A DNA stretch of 55,442 nt, counting the filler, from Ionaspis alba (Eukaryota), in the NCBI GenBank assembly GCA_964255285.1. It is 4 parts of 4 records of this genome, joined end to end, with 100 filler letters (N's around TTAATTAATTAA, not from the genome) between each part and the next. Parts side by side here need not be neighbours in the genome. Positions count along the whole stretch, not along the records: positions 27,803 to 41,592 come from CAXUUL010000450.1; positions 41,693 to 55,442 come from CAXUUL010000451.1; 2 more parts are not named here. The stretch is one strand, 5' to 3'. Of this stretch, positions 38,165 through 48,803 are shown piece by piece (position 1 is the first letter of the stretch; each line of letters starts with the position of its first letter). The position numbers were made by a program, and so were the translations under genes. The notes beneath the pieces were generated by a model. The model worked only from the letters and a program-made list of their open reading frames with translations. It ran no database searches and was not told the DNA's origin.

Positions 38165-38968
38165 TTCGATGAGGTTGTATTTTAGATTTGTGGAGTAAAG
38201 AGAAACATGATATCTTAGTTGAAAGATCAGAACTGCATAATCCTTCCAGCATACAAAGGTTCTCGGTGAACGTTTTTGCTGAGAGCTAGACAAATATAAT
38301 TCTCGTGAGAGGACAGAAAGCTGTTGCCTGGAAAGGATTACGCAGCTTTGAAGCAGGACAGTGATGGCAAACCAGAGCTTACGACGACAACCGATCTACT
38401 TTCCGGAACTCAGGACAAGAATAGAGGTTGATAAATTGCAATATGATCGCGAATACCTATGCTGATCAGCAAGGAATAGGAAAGTTGGCAAAAGCTGTGA
38501 GATATAGAATTAGGTTCTTTAGAGCTTGGCGGAAGAGAAGCGCATGTCAGCGCGTGCGCTTGAGACTAACCAGGACTAAGTCTTTAGCGTCGCTTTGCAA
38601 TCTCCCTCCCAAGCGAGATCCAGGAACGAAAGTAAACAAAGCAACGTCATTTTCAAGACCAACTTCACAATCACATTCGCTTCATTCTGGTCTTCTTTCT
38701 GTGTTGCTTCAGGCATTGAGCCAGCAAATCAAATTTCTTCCCTTTCTTTCGACTATCTCCTACACTCGTTTGACGTTAATGCGGTTGCAAGGGCGATTCC
38801 ACGGCCGAAGACAATAGTGTAAACAAACACTGCAAGCATTCGGAGCCACGAATCCAGTATCCAGGACTTCCTACATACCTCTTAGACTCGAATTCGTGCT
38901 GTTCTCTTCAACTATCAAAGGGAAGATCATCGAGTTTCGAATCTCTGATTGACTCGCCAGGTCAAACA

Positions 38969-41592
38969 ATGGTCGGTATGACGAATACGACTCCCTCCCT
39001 ACCGACTCGATTTCCCTGCTGGTGCAGGGCCGTCTATTCATGGGGAGGAGAGTCGAAGAAAGATCTTGGTTTTGTGGAGGGGGATCTGATAGAATGCCTG
39101 AATGCTGGTGATGGGTCGTGGTGGATGGGTCGGTTGCGCCGCGACAAACGAGCTATGGGACTCTTTCCTTCGAATTTCGTGCAAGTCCTGGAGGAGAGCT
39201 TCATACCTGTGAGCAGAGCAACTAGCCCACTCCCTGGGCAAAATGGGTCAGGCAGCATATCTCGCGCCTCAAGTCCGAACCCATCGACGAAGAAGGCCGC
39301 TCGAAAACCATTTCAATCCTACTCGACACCTACACCTCAAGCGAGTTCAAAGAGCTTGCAGATCGCTTCCGCAGTTCCCTCGCCGACTCCTAGTCGACAG
39401 AATAGCTTCAATACGCAAACAGCTCATACTCCCATATCACGAAACAACTCCGGCTATCATTCGCGCTCCCCTTCGCCAGCTCCACCCCAACATCACATCG
39501 CGGGCAATGCTTCTCCCACTCCTTACCAAGCCTATGGTTCCTCGCCCCCTCCACCCGTACCGCCTCCACATCGTGTTGCTTATTACAATCCTCCACCTAG
39601 AGCAGCACCATCTCCTACACCTTCCATGAATGATCGATATCCTTCCATTTCACAAGGCCAATCGCCTATACCACACTCACCCAATGTCCATGGACACACG
39701 CCATCTCCCTTACGCGATGCTATGGAAGACGTCATGAGTTCTTTAGATGGTATGGCACTCAGACGAGATGCTCCATCTCCATCACCTGAACGGCCAATTG
39801 ACCCGTGGTCACCCGAGGCATTTGACGAACTACGTACAAAGCCAAGAGGAAGGGAATATGGGAGACCAAGGACGTCTTTGGGGTTAGGAGCTTCTGAGGG
39901 CAGCAGCTGTCAGTATGACAGTGGTTACGGTACTCAACAAGAAGGGCCTAGCCCAGACGAAGATGACGAGCCTCCATACTTGAGCACATACGTCTCACGC
40001 ATGGAGAATCGGCTGCGCAGCATGCAGGACAACTCGCCAAACACACATCGACACACCCTACCAGACAGTGATATGGGCCCCCCGCCAGCGCCACCCCCAA
40101 AGAACTCGCCATACCAGCCAAGGACGGAGTCTTCTCTAGATTACCAACCGCCAATTGCTGATGCGGACCGGAAGCTTCGAAGTCGAAAGTCGGCATTCGA
40201 ATTAGGAAAGGAAATGATTGGTCGGACGTTTACCACAAAATCGACTGTGACCAATGCATCCAACGGGACACAGAGCTCCAGTAGCACCACAAGTACACAA
40301 ATGACGAGTCAGAGTATCATGAGTGGACACTCCGCGGGAGGCTTCAGTGCAACGAGTGCAGGTAGTCTTGCCAGAAGGAAAGGTTGGGGAAGTATCAGAG
40401 GAATGAGACCTTCGAGCGTGGCAGGATTTCGTCAAGACAAGCTGATGGCAATGCAAGGCGGCGGATCGGCCTCGAGACCGATGACACCGCTCACAGGTAT
40501 CAGCTATCATTCTAGCCATGACTCCAGACCAGCGTCTGCTGTTCCGCCAGAATGGGCTGGTAGTGTTGCAGATTCTGGCGGTCCGTTGGGTGGGCTCAGT
40601 GGACTGCCACAAATTAAACCTAAGAAGAGTGGCTTCTTGAGAAAGCTCATGGATTCTGCAAGGACGGGTGCTGCGAGTGCCCGAGGCAGTATTGCTGCGG
40701 GACAGGTGGACTCATCGAGAAGTCCGGTCAAGAGCATGTTTCCGAAAGGTGTTACCGCAATATCTGGAGGTAGCGTCGCGAGGGATATGGGCTTAGGTGG
40801 AGCTGATGGTAGTGGGACAATTGATTGGGTTCAGATTCGACGAGATGTCAATCGGTCCAATTCGCTCAGTCGCAATGAGAGGACTGAACGGGCCGAGAGG
40901 TGTCAGATGATGGATCATCCGGTCATAGCTCCTGTTGACGAACTTTTCGAAGTGGCTGAAGGAGACGAGGGGCTTGACGGAATGCCGATATCAGAACCTA
41001 CCAATTTCCAAACTGTGAACCTTCAACTTGTCGATAAGAACACTCGTTTCATTACCAGCTTGCCTCCGATGACAAACCCAACGAGTCTTGCTCAAGGCTA
41101 TGTCTGCAGGCCCTATAGAAGCGATGTGCAAAGGTTCAGAGCAATCTTTACTTGGTGTAGTGAGAAGGTGGCTTGGGAAGAGGACTTTGAAGGAGAGGTA
41201 GACTCGAGACGAGTGATTCAGATGCGAAGAGGTTGCGCGGAAGAAGTTGCAGTCCTTGTCATGGAGATGTGCTCAGCCGTAGGCCTTCACGCCGAAGTCA
41301 TACGAGGCTATCTCAAACCTCCTGGCGAAGTTACAGATCTCGACAGTATACCCAGACCAAATCACTGGTGGAACGCGGTCCTGGTCGACAACGAATGGCG
41401 CATCATCGACTGCTCTCTTGCCAGTCCCACGAACCCAAAACGGAGTCTCTACTCCAGCGCGCCTTCTCAAGCCGCAGAATCATTCTACTTCCTTACCCGT
41501 CCGCTTGAGATCTGCTACACGCACATCCCTTCCATCCTCACCCAGCAACATATTGTTCCACCCATCGCTCCTGCAGTTCTTCTCGCTCTTCC
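38969..41592 (+). CDS. CYK3: Cytokinesis protein 3 (SH3 + transglutaminase-like domain), 3' partial at gap
   Basis: SH3 CRAVYSWGGESKKDLGFVEGDLIE..WWMG..GLFPSNFV; long Pro/Ser-rich linker; TGase-like VQRFRAIFTW..VIRGYLK..NHWWNAVLVDNEWRIIDC. Confidence 0.93.
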
Positions 41593-41692
41593 NNNNNNNN
41601 NNNNNNNNNNNNNNNNNNNNNNNNNNNNNNNNNNNNTTAATTAATTAANNNNNNNNNNNNNNNNNNNNNNNNNNNNNNNNNNNNNNNNNNNN
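41593..41692. other. Assembly gap with TTAATTAATTAA linker; hides the 3' ends of both CYK3 and the CHAT-STAND gene
   Basis: N run; both flanking ORFs are open into it from opposite strands. Confidence 0.95.
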
Positions 41693-44600
41693 CGGCAGAA
41701 GCTTCCCTGAGGCCCAAGAATTGTGCAACATTGCTTCTGAGCTGGCCGGCCTCCGCCAGAAATTCATTCACTGTTGTCACTTCGAGAGACGATCGACCAC
41801 GCATTATTTCAAATCCCCGTGTGTTCAGGACTATATTCCGAGAGACAAGATCGCGTAAATCTGGATCTGTATGTTTCCAAATTTGAAACATGGGGCGAGT
41901 TTTGACATAACTCCACTGAGTCAAGTATTCTTTTACAGGCTTCTGTAACAGATCGCTACAGAAAATGGCACGCACGAGGGCGTTCACGGTAGCCACCTCC
42001 AGATCTGTTGCAATGCTCCAGGTTTTGTAATCGCAATCCTGAGATTCAGTATCATAACCGCCAGTGTCAGAGTTTGTGAATTTTTGGCGGGTCCAGGTGA
42101 TAACCCGCAGTGCTTTCTGAATGAAGAGACTGAGCACGCGATCTGCAAGTCTCATCCGTCTTGGATCCGACAGAGCTGCTGTTGACATGAAATACTGCAC
42201 TTGCCAGTGTTCTCCGACAGGCCATGAGTCCGTTCGCTGGTAGCTAATTATCAAAGACAGGTAATTGAAGAAGTCAAAGTCGAGTTCAAACTTCATTGCC
42301 TCATGAACTGGAGATGAGGGATGATATGCACTACAACGCGCCCACTCAAATACCCGATATCTGTACTGGGCATCTCGAGCAATCTCAATATCTTCCACAA
42401 CACTTTGTGGATAAAGAGCTCGCACAACTGTACTCTGAGACACCAGCGAGATAAGTGGGTTGATGGAAGAACAAATGCTGCGCAATTGGTGTCCCGAGCT
42501 GCCAAAATTTCGCTCAACTGGACCCTGTACGAAATGCAACAGATGTTTGGTTCGAGCGTCGCAGAATTTGGCGAAAGATTTCGTTGCTGCGTACAAGCAA
42601 TAATGGGCAATGGCTGGGGAAAGCCCGAAGGCTTCCTTGCTCGTCAACTTTTTGTAATTATAGCGTTGGTCGCGAACGCCTTCCTCCGAGAACTCGCAAA
42701 GATGATTACGAAATCTGATGAAAGCTTCATCTTTCAAATAGCGTCTCACTACGAGGAGAATGCCAAATGTAATAATGAAAGGTTCGAGATTATGGGGCAG
42801 ATTATGCCAGAAGCCGAGGAAGACCGCAGCAGAGTAAAACCCACAATTCGCAAGCTTACGGTTAGTTACGGGTTCTCCAATCATCGGATTAAAGGTTCTG
42901 TGACCTTGCCAGAGCATCTGAATGGAATGATTCAGCGCCTCAAGAGAATCATCTGAGATGGTGAGTGGGTAATCTTCTAGAGGTAAGACGTCGTCATGAG
43001 GCGCGTCGACGCTGTGTAACCTTGAATCCGTATTGACATCATCAGCAATCCACTCAAGGATTTCGACCACCGCACGTGCTCCTCCATCGGAGGCAAGTCT
43101 CTCTTTATCCAGGAACACTGGCCGTAGCTGGACCAAAGACAGTAGATGAGACAGTATTGTGGCAGAAGGATCCTCTGCAAAATGCTTCGCCAAATCGTAC
43201 ACTATGACTCGGATGGCCAGGGGATTCCCTTGAGACATTGTGATTAGTTGTTCGAAGTAGGATTTATCATCTTGTGTTGCAAGCTTTGAGGAGAACTCAA
43301 GGTTTCGCAAAATACCGGTAGCCAACGCAATAGTGTTTGACAGATCGATCGGTTCCAAAATGATCCAGGATTGGATCGCGGTACCCAGCCAAAGGTCTTC
43401 TGTTCGAGACAAAACCACGACGGAGCATCTTTTGAGCCTCTTCAAGCACAACCAGATTTCACGTTGATGTTCCGATAGAGTCAGATCAGATGACCAATCT
43501 AAGGCGTCAATACTGTCTAGTACAATTAAGGACGACCGTTCGTCTAATGCTGCTATCAGGGAATTCGTCGAGTGATCTTTGGTATCAATTTGGATTTGTG
43601 ATACCATTGACTTCAAGATTTTGTCTGCAGTACAATCCCGAAATTCTGCGTCGGTCAACTGAATATAAATCGTCCTCTGAAACAGTCCGGTCTGTTGCCA
43701 CCACGCTCTTGCTTCTTGCAGCAGTCTGCTTTTACCGACTCCAGGAGATCCTTGCAGATGTATTCGACTTCCTCCTACTTGAGTCAATAGCCATTCGAGT
43801 CGAAGAAGATCGCCCTCACGTCCAACGAGCTCCGACGCCGCTGGATGGCCGCTGATCGGAGACTCTGCACTCTCAAAAACCGGTGCAGCTTGTCGTAAAT
43901 CTTCTATTTCAGATTCCTGGCAGTGTATGATCGGCACCAGATGGTCTTCGATGCTAATCATTGTGTGGTATTTGCTCATACGGGTGGAATTTCGTCGTAA
44001 CTCTCCTCTCGCGTGTGACACAGCTGCGATTGGCGAGGTTCGTTGACCCAAATATTGGTTGTAAAAGTACCGCATGAACTGATCGGCAGACAAAGAGAAA
44101 ATGTTGAAAGACATGCCAACAGCAATCCTGATACCTGTCCGTACTAGAAGACTAGCAATGTTGGATGCTTCGTTCGACCCTGCAGCCGAGCGACAGGCAT
44201 TGATTACGACAGTCCGAACGCCACATTCGACCAAAAGAGCTGCGACGTCCGCAGCTTGCCTCTCGTCGGGCTGCAGTTTCATGCCCGGGCTAGACTGAGT
44301 AAACATCAACCGTGCCCTGGGAATGACTCACATCGTTAGTATCTGGCATGATTAAGCATCTCCAATCTTCATACCCTTGTCCATCGGAGTCGCCGTGGAG
44401 GTCCAGGTGGACTACACCGAAATGCCCATACGGATGCCGTCTAATATGCCACTCAAGGGCTTTAAATGTTCCTGGGCGTACTATAGTTAACGTGGCTTGC
44501 GAGTTAGAATCATTCCGGATTGTGTCTATCGCGGCGGATATCGATCTGGTGATCAAGCGGTGCGGAATGTCTTTGGTATATGAAGGACGGGCTGTAATGG

Positions 44601-45180
44601 CGAGAACATGTGTTGCCTCCGTACTTGAGGGTAGTGGAGTGTGTATATAATCTCCAATTGTTTGGTGCTGAATTTTGATTTCGTGAACGCGGATAACGGT
44701 CACCTGACGAGGCTCCAAGTGAAAGACATCGCGCCAGAGACTTGTGTCTTCGAGAATTTCCCAGAAGAATCCATGTATGATCGAGCTCCCGGCAACTTCA
44801 CCAGCACCCCAGTCTCGGACCTCTAGAACGAAATGTTCTGGGGCCTTGGGATTTGGACAGATAACGGGCTGCAAAAAGGATTCCAAGAGCTTTCTTCCCT
44901 GGTCTTGAATTTTTTGCGCGATTGTTCGCGCTCGGGCATGTGCGAAAGGTTCTTTGATGATGTACTGCTCAAAGTACCATTGGAAGTCCTCTAAGCTCTC
45001 ACCAGTCACGGTCTTGAGCAGATCTTCGGATGCAGGGCAATGCTTGTGGACTGAGCCAGATTCCACTGACACTAAAACGCTCTCTGCTCCGGCCTTTATT
45101 GAACCAAAGCTCGCATTGGGAGTCTTGTCAACGGCAGCAACCGAGACAGGCTGCAGCGACACTCGGACGATCATGTTCAT
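41693..45180 (-). CDS. NLR-like protein: CHAT (caspase-like) protease + STAND/NB-ARC-type NTPase + helical C-terminal region (3' partial)
   Basis: Exon 1 45180-44375, intron GTATGA..ACTAAC..CAG 44374-44317, exon 2 44316 to the gap. CHAT dyad VVHLDLHG and VVINACRSA, then VGMSF; LVGREGDL, Walker A GSPGVGKS, Walker B LIVLDSID, sensor VVVLSR, GxP motif QGNPLAI. Confidence 0.88.
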
Positions 45181-45465
45181 GTGTCTTATAATCCAAGAAA
45201 TAAACGACGACAAGCAGTTCAGCTCTTTGGAGCGTCTGCGGCCCCAGCTCTCTCTGTGTCAGCGTTTAGATCTGTTGAGCTTGGCGTCCGTGGTCGTTCT
45301 CCTGTAGCCGAGCCCGATGTGGGGTAGAGTCTGGAACCCCCTGGTCTGCGTGTGATAAGGCGCCGACAAGTCGGACACATTGTACAGCGTTGACTTCTAC
45401 CGTATCTCGAGATATAGTGGACGAAAGCCAGATCGCCAAGCCAAGTGACCGGCGTCAGGATTGAC

Positions 45466-46317
45466 ATGATGACGAAGAAAAACAGCTTCTACTTGTTGGA
45501 ACCCTTCCAGGGCATTCCGGTGGACAAGCCCGAGGACTGGCTTGCCCGAATCATTAGCGATTACAATCGCCCTCGCGCCGCCTTCACACCCTCCAAGGCT
45601 CGAGAACCGTATTTCGAGTTCGATACCGATCGCGACTTTTCGGATCTTGAGAGGATTCTCAAGGATGTCCATTCGAAGACGATTGCCTTATCTTTGCGCA
45701 ACGTGTTCGATATATCGCACGAGGACTTCACATCAAAGAAACATACGTTCCGAAGCCGCAAAGTCGAGCGGCTCCGCATCCACCACGATGCGGTTGTGCT
45801 TGAACGGACGCTGGCCGACCCGGAAGTTGTATCCGATATCGAGGGTTGGGATCTGAATGTGTTCAGCCCCATGTATTTCGTAGTCGGGCTGTTGGTGACC
45901 AGCGACATCACGTATAATTCGTCAGAGACGTCAGGGCACAACACCAAGGCCGGCATAGACCCCGTGAACGCCCTCGGCGTGGCAACCGGTGTTCCCGCCG
46001 GCGTCGTGCCGTCTGCCAAGATTGACGCTGAGGGCAAACACCAGGAATCGACGACAGCTCACACTCGAGCGTCCGGCAACAAGCGTGTTTTCGCGGTCGA
46101 ATACCGGTCATTCAGAAAAAAACTGCGGCAACGGCCGGGCAAAGTCGGCAAGCTGGGTGGCTATGGACCGCAAGGGGACCGGACATTTGGGGCTACCGAA
46201 CAGGCGGACGATGACGTTGAAGTCCAGGTTGAGCTGGATCCTGAGCCTTTTTCGGATATCATGGAGGTCGATGGGACGGAAGAACGGTGTCTGCTGCTTG
46301 ATGATAGTGATCAGTAG
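45466..46317 (+). CDS. Fungal gasdermin-like pore-forming protein (RCD-1/HET-Q1 family)
   Basis: 283-aa intronless ORF with the family pattern: FYLL..., WLARIISDYNRP, MYFVVGLLV, Gly/Ala/Val-rich hairpin (ALGVATGVPAGVVP), RVFAVEYR, then TFG and an acidic ~40-aa tail. Lies divergently next to a protease gene. Confidence 0.8.
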   Translation: MMTKKNSFYLLEPFQGIPVDKPEDWLARIISDYNRPRAAFTPSKAREPYFEFDTDRDFSDLERILKDVHSKTIALSLRNVFDISHEDFTSKKHTFRSRKVERLRIHHDAVVLERTLADPEVVSDIEGWDLNVFSPMYFVVGLLVTSDITYNSSETSGHNTKAGIDPVNALGVATGVPAGVVPSAKIDAEGKHQESTTAHTRASGNKRVFAVEYRSFRKKLRQRPGKVGKLGGYGPQGDRTFGATEQADDDVEVQVELDPEPFSDIMEVDGTEERCLLLDDSDQ

Positions 46318-46385
46318 AGACGACTACTTTCCGGACCAAAGTTATAAGCGGTCCATCACCATCAAGATAGTATATTCGCTTAGAT

Positions 46386-46904
46386 GTGTCCAGTGGAATC
46401 ATCTATGTCCCAGTTCAGGGCTTCATAAAAGAAATGTTTAGAAAGGCTTATACCCATTTCATTGTTCTGAGAGCGTCCGAATTCGATCCCTTACAAAACA
46501 TCAGCGAGCAAGCTTTGAGGTCCGTGGATGTAAAGGTAGAGAACGGAAGGCGTACGAGTATACCTAGCCCGCTCGATTCTCTTATTCCAAGTTCCGGATT
46601 CGGATCTCCTGAAAGCTTGATCCTGTTATACAGCATTGTGCATGCAATCAAAGGATGATAGTCCTGCTGCGGACGTGTTGGAATGGTTTGAGACCGTTGG
46701 TGCCCGGTTGGCCGATACAGGCCAGGATTGCGAAACCTTGCTGCACATGTAGCCAAGCATGATACTCCACAGGCAGCTCAGATGGTCAAGTACCTTCGTG
46801 TGGAGGGATTTAACCCCGTGGTGCAGGATGTAAAGGGTAGGACAGCAGTAGATGTGGCGCATGAATATGGCAATAGTAGTCTGCTGGAACTTCTTGAAAG
46901 TTAA
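46386..46904 (+). pseudogene. Degenerate ankyrin-repeat gene remnant with two frameshifts
   Basis: Frame-hopping translation: ..LLYSIVHAIK / DDSPAADVLEWFETVGARLADTGQDCETLLH / VAKHDTPQAAQMVKYLRVEGFNPVVQDVKGRTAVDVAHEYGNSSLLELLES*. Shifts near 46653 and 46748; the 5' boundary is uncertain. Confidence 0.65.
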
Positions 46905-47040
46905 GGCATATGTATGGAACATCAAGCATACGGTTATTACCGTCTATTCCTAAGCCTTTCCAGCGCTGTAGAATTCTCAGAGCTATTCACAGATGTCTCT
47001 CATACATATTGTATACACTTCCCTGCCCCGCCCTTGGTAT

Positions 47041-48504
47041 CTACAATTTATCAATAATCGCCGCTGCATACTCGTGCGTCTTTGCTTTCCCGCCAAGGTC
47101 ACCCGTCAAAAACTTTCACTGTGTCAGCCTTGTCGTTGACACAAACATGGAGTGGCATTTCTTACCTTTCCTTCCGCCAATGCGGCGAATATGGCCTTCT
47201 GGATCCTGTCCGCATGCTCGTTCAAACCCATATGCTGCAACATCATGATACTACTCAACAGCAGCGCCGTCGGATTCGCAAGTCCCTTCCCAGCAATATC
47301 AGGTGCCGAGCCATGGACAGCTTCGAAGATCGAACACTCGTCTCCAATATTGCCCGAGGGTGTAAGACCGAGCCCACCGATCAACCCAGCGCACATATCT
47401 GACAAAATATCACCGTACAAATTCGGCATGACAAGGACCTTATCGGCATATGGTGCAGGATCCGTGACGATCTTTAAGCAAGTGTTATCCAGCAATTCGG
47501 CATCAAACTCAATATTCGGGAAGTCCTTGCTGATTTTCCGCGCTGTGCCGAGGAAGAGTCCATCGGACATCTTCATGATTGTGGCCTTGTGTACTGCGCG
47601 AACCTTCCTCTTGCCAACTTCCTCGGCATACTGGAATGCGAATCTCAGGACGCGCTCTGAGGCTGCCCGTGTGATGAGCTTGATGCTCTGGACGACTCCA
47701 TCTACAACCACGTGTTCGATACCGGAGTATTCGCCCTCGGTGTTTTCTCGGATGAGCACAGTATCAACGTTGTCGTAGGGCGTTTTGTAGCCAGCGATTG
47801 ACTTGCAGGGGCGGACGTTGGCGAAGAGGTTAAATGTCCGGCGGAGAGTGAGATTAAGTGAGACGTGACCCTTACCAATGGGGGTCTGGTATGTGTTAGT
47901 ATATGCTCGAAACAGGCTGGGGTCGAGGGTGTCGAACGGCTAGAGGTCCTTTTAGGGCGACAAAGTTCTTCCTGACACTGTCAATCGCCTCGTCTGGTAT
48001 GACTGTCTTGCCATCCTTCAATTGCGGTGTAACATCAACAGGCTCCCATTGAATTGGTGTCTGGTGTCGTTAGTGAGTAGACATGGGCTAGAGTGTTACG
48101 GCTTGGTACTTTTGCAGCGGCGAAGATGTCCTTGACTGATTGTGCGATCTCGGGTCCGATCCCGTCTCCTTCTATCAATGTCACTGTGAATTTACCCTAA
48201 TGAAACCTCTGATCAGTCCTGCTTCTCTACCGTGTTGTCCCATCGCATAATGATAACAGCTTAATCGGGAGAGGGTCGTACATTGGAGCCTTTCGTTCCC
48301 TTGAATTTGGCGACTTTGTCTTTCTCTGCCACGTACGTCCTCGACTGAACCTTTCGTGAACATCAGCAACCTGTACAATGCAGTTTCTCAAGCATTGACC
48401 CTAGGAGAACTTGCCTTTGCAAATGCAGGAATCCACAGCTGGGGCGCGTTACTTCGTCTGAGACATTGCCTCGAAGTGGCGGCTAAAGAGCGACTGACGA
48501 GCAT
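47041..48504 (-). CDS. IDH2: Mitochondrial NAD-dependent isocitrate dehydrogenase, catalytic subunit 2
   Basis: Mitochondrial presequence [58 protein letters not shown] and [13 protein letters not shown] (catalytic-subunit type); several introns. Confidence 0.96.
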
Positions 48505-48803
48505 ATTGAGCACCAAGTTCGGGTTCTCAAAGCTCACGAGATTGAAGCAAAGTGTATATGCAGGGAGCTTTGGCGGGGACGTTGGAGCCAGCAGAAGCAA
48601 TTTACTCGAGGTCGGCGGCGCTAACCGAGCCCGTCTCCAGGCTTTAGTGTTCGGCCAATTTATGCCGCCGGGCTTCACAACAACACGGCATTCGCGTGAG
48701 GCCTTGGAATCTCAGCCAAAACAATCCATATATCTTCTTACTATTTCTAGATTCCTTACAGAGATGAAAACCCCAAACCCATTGCATTCATGTATATCCA
48801 ATA

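Noticed and set aside
38969..44309. Apparent overlap or fusion of the CYK3 ORF and the CHAT-STAND ORF
   Set aside because: Both ORFs merely end at linker stops in the gap; their real 3' ends are unsequenced.
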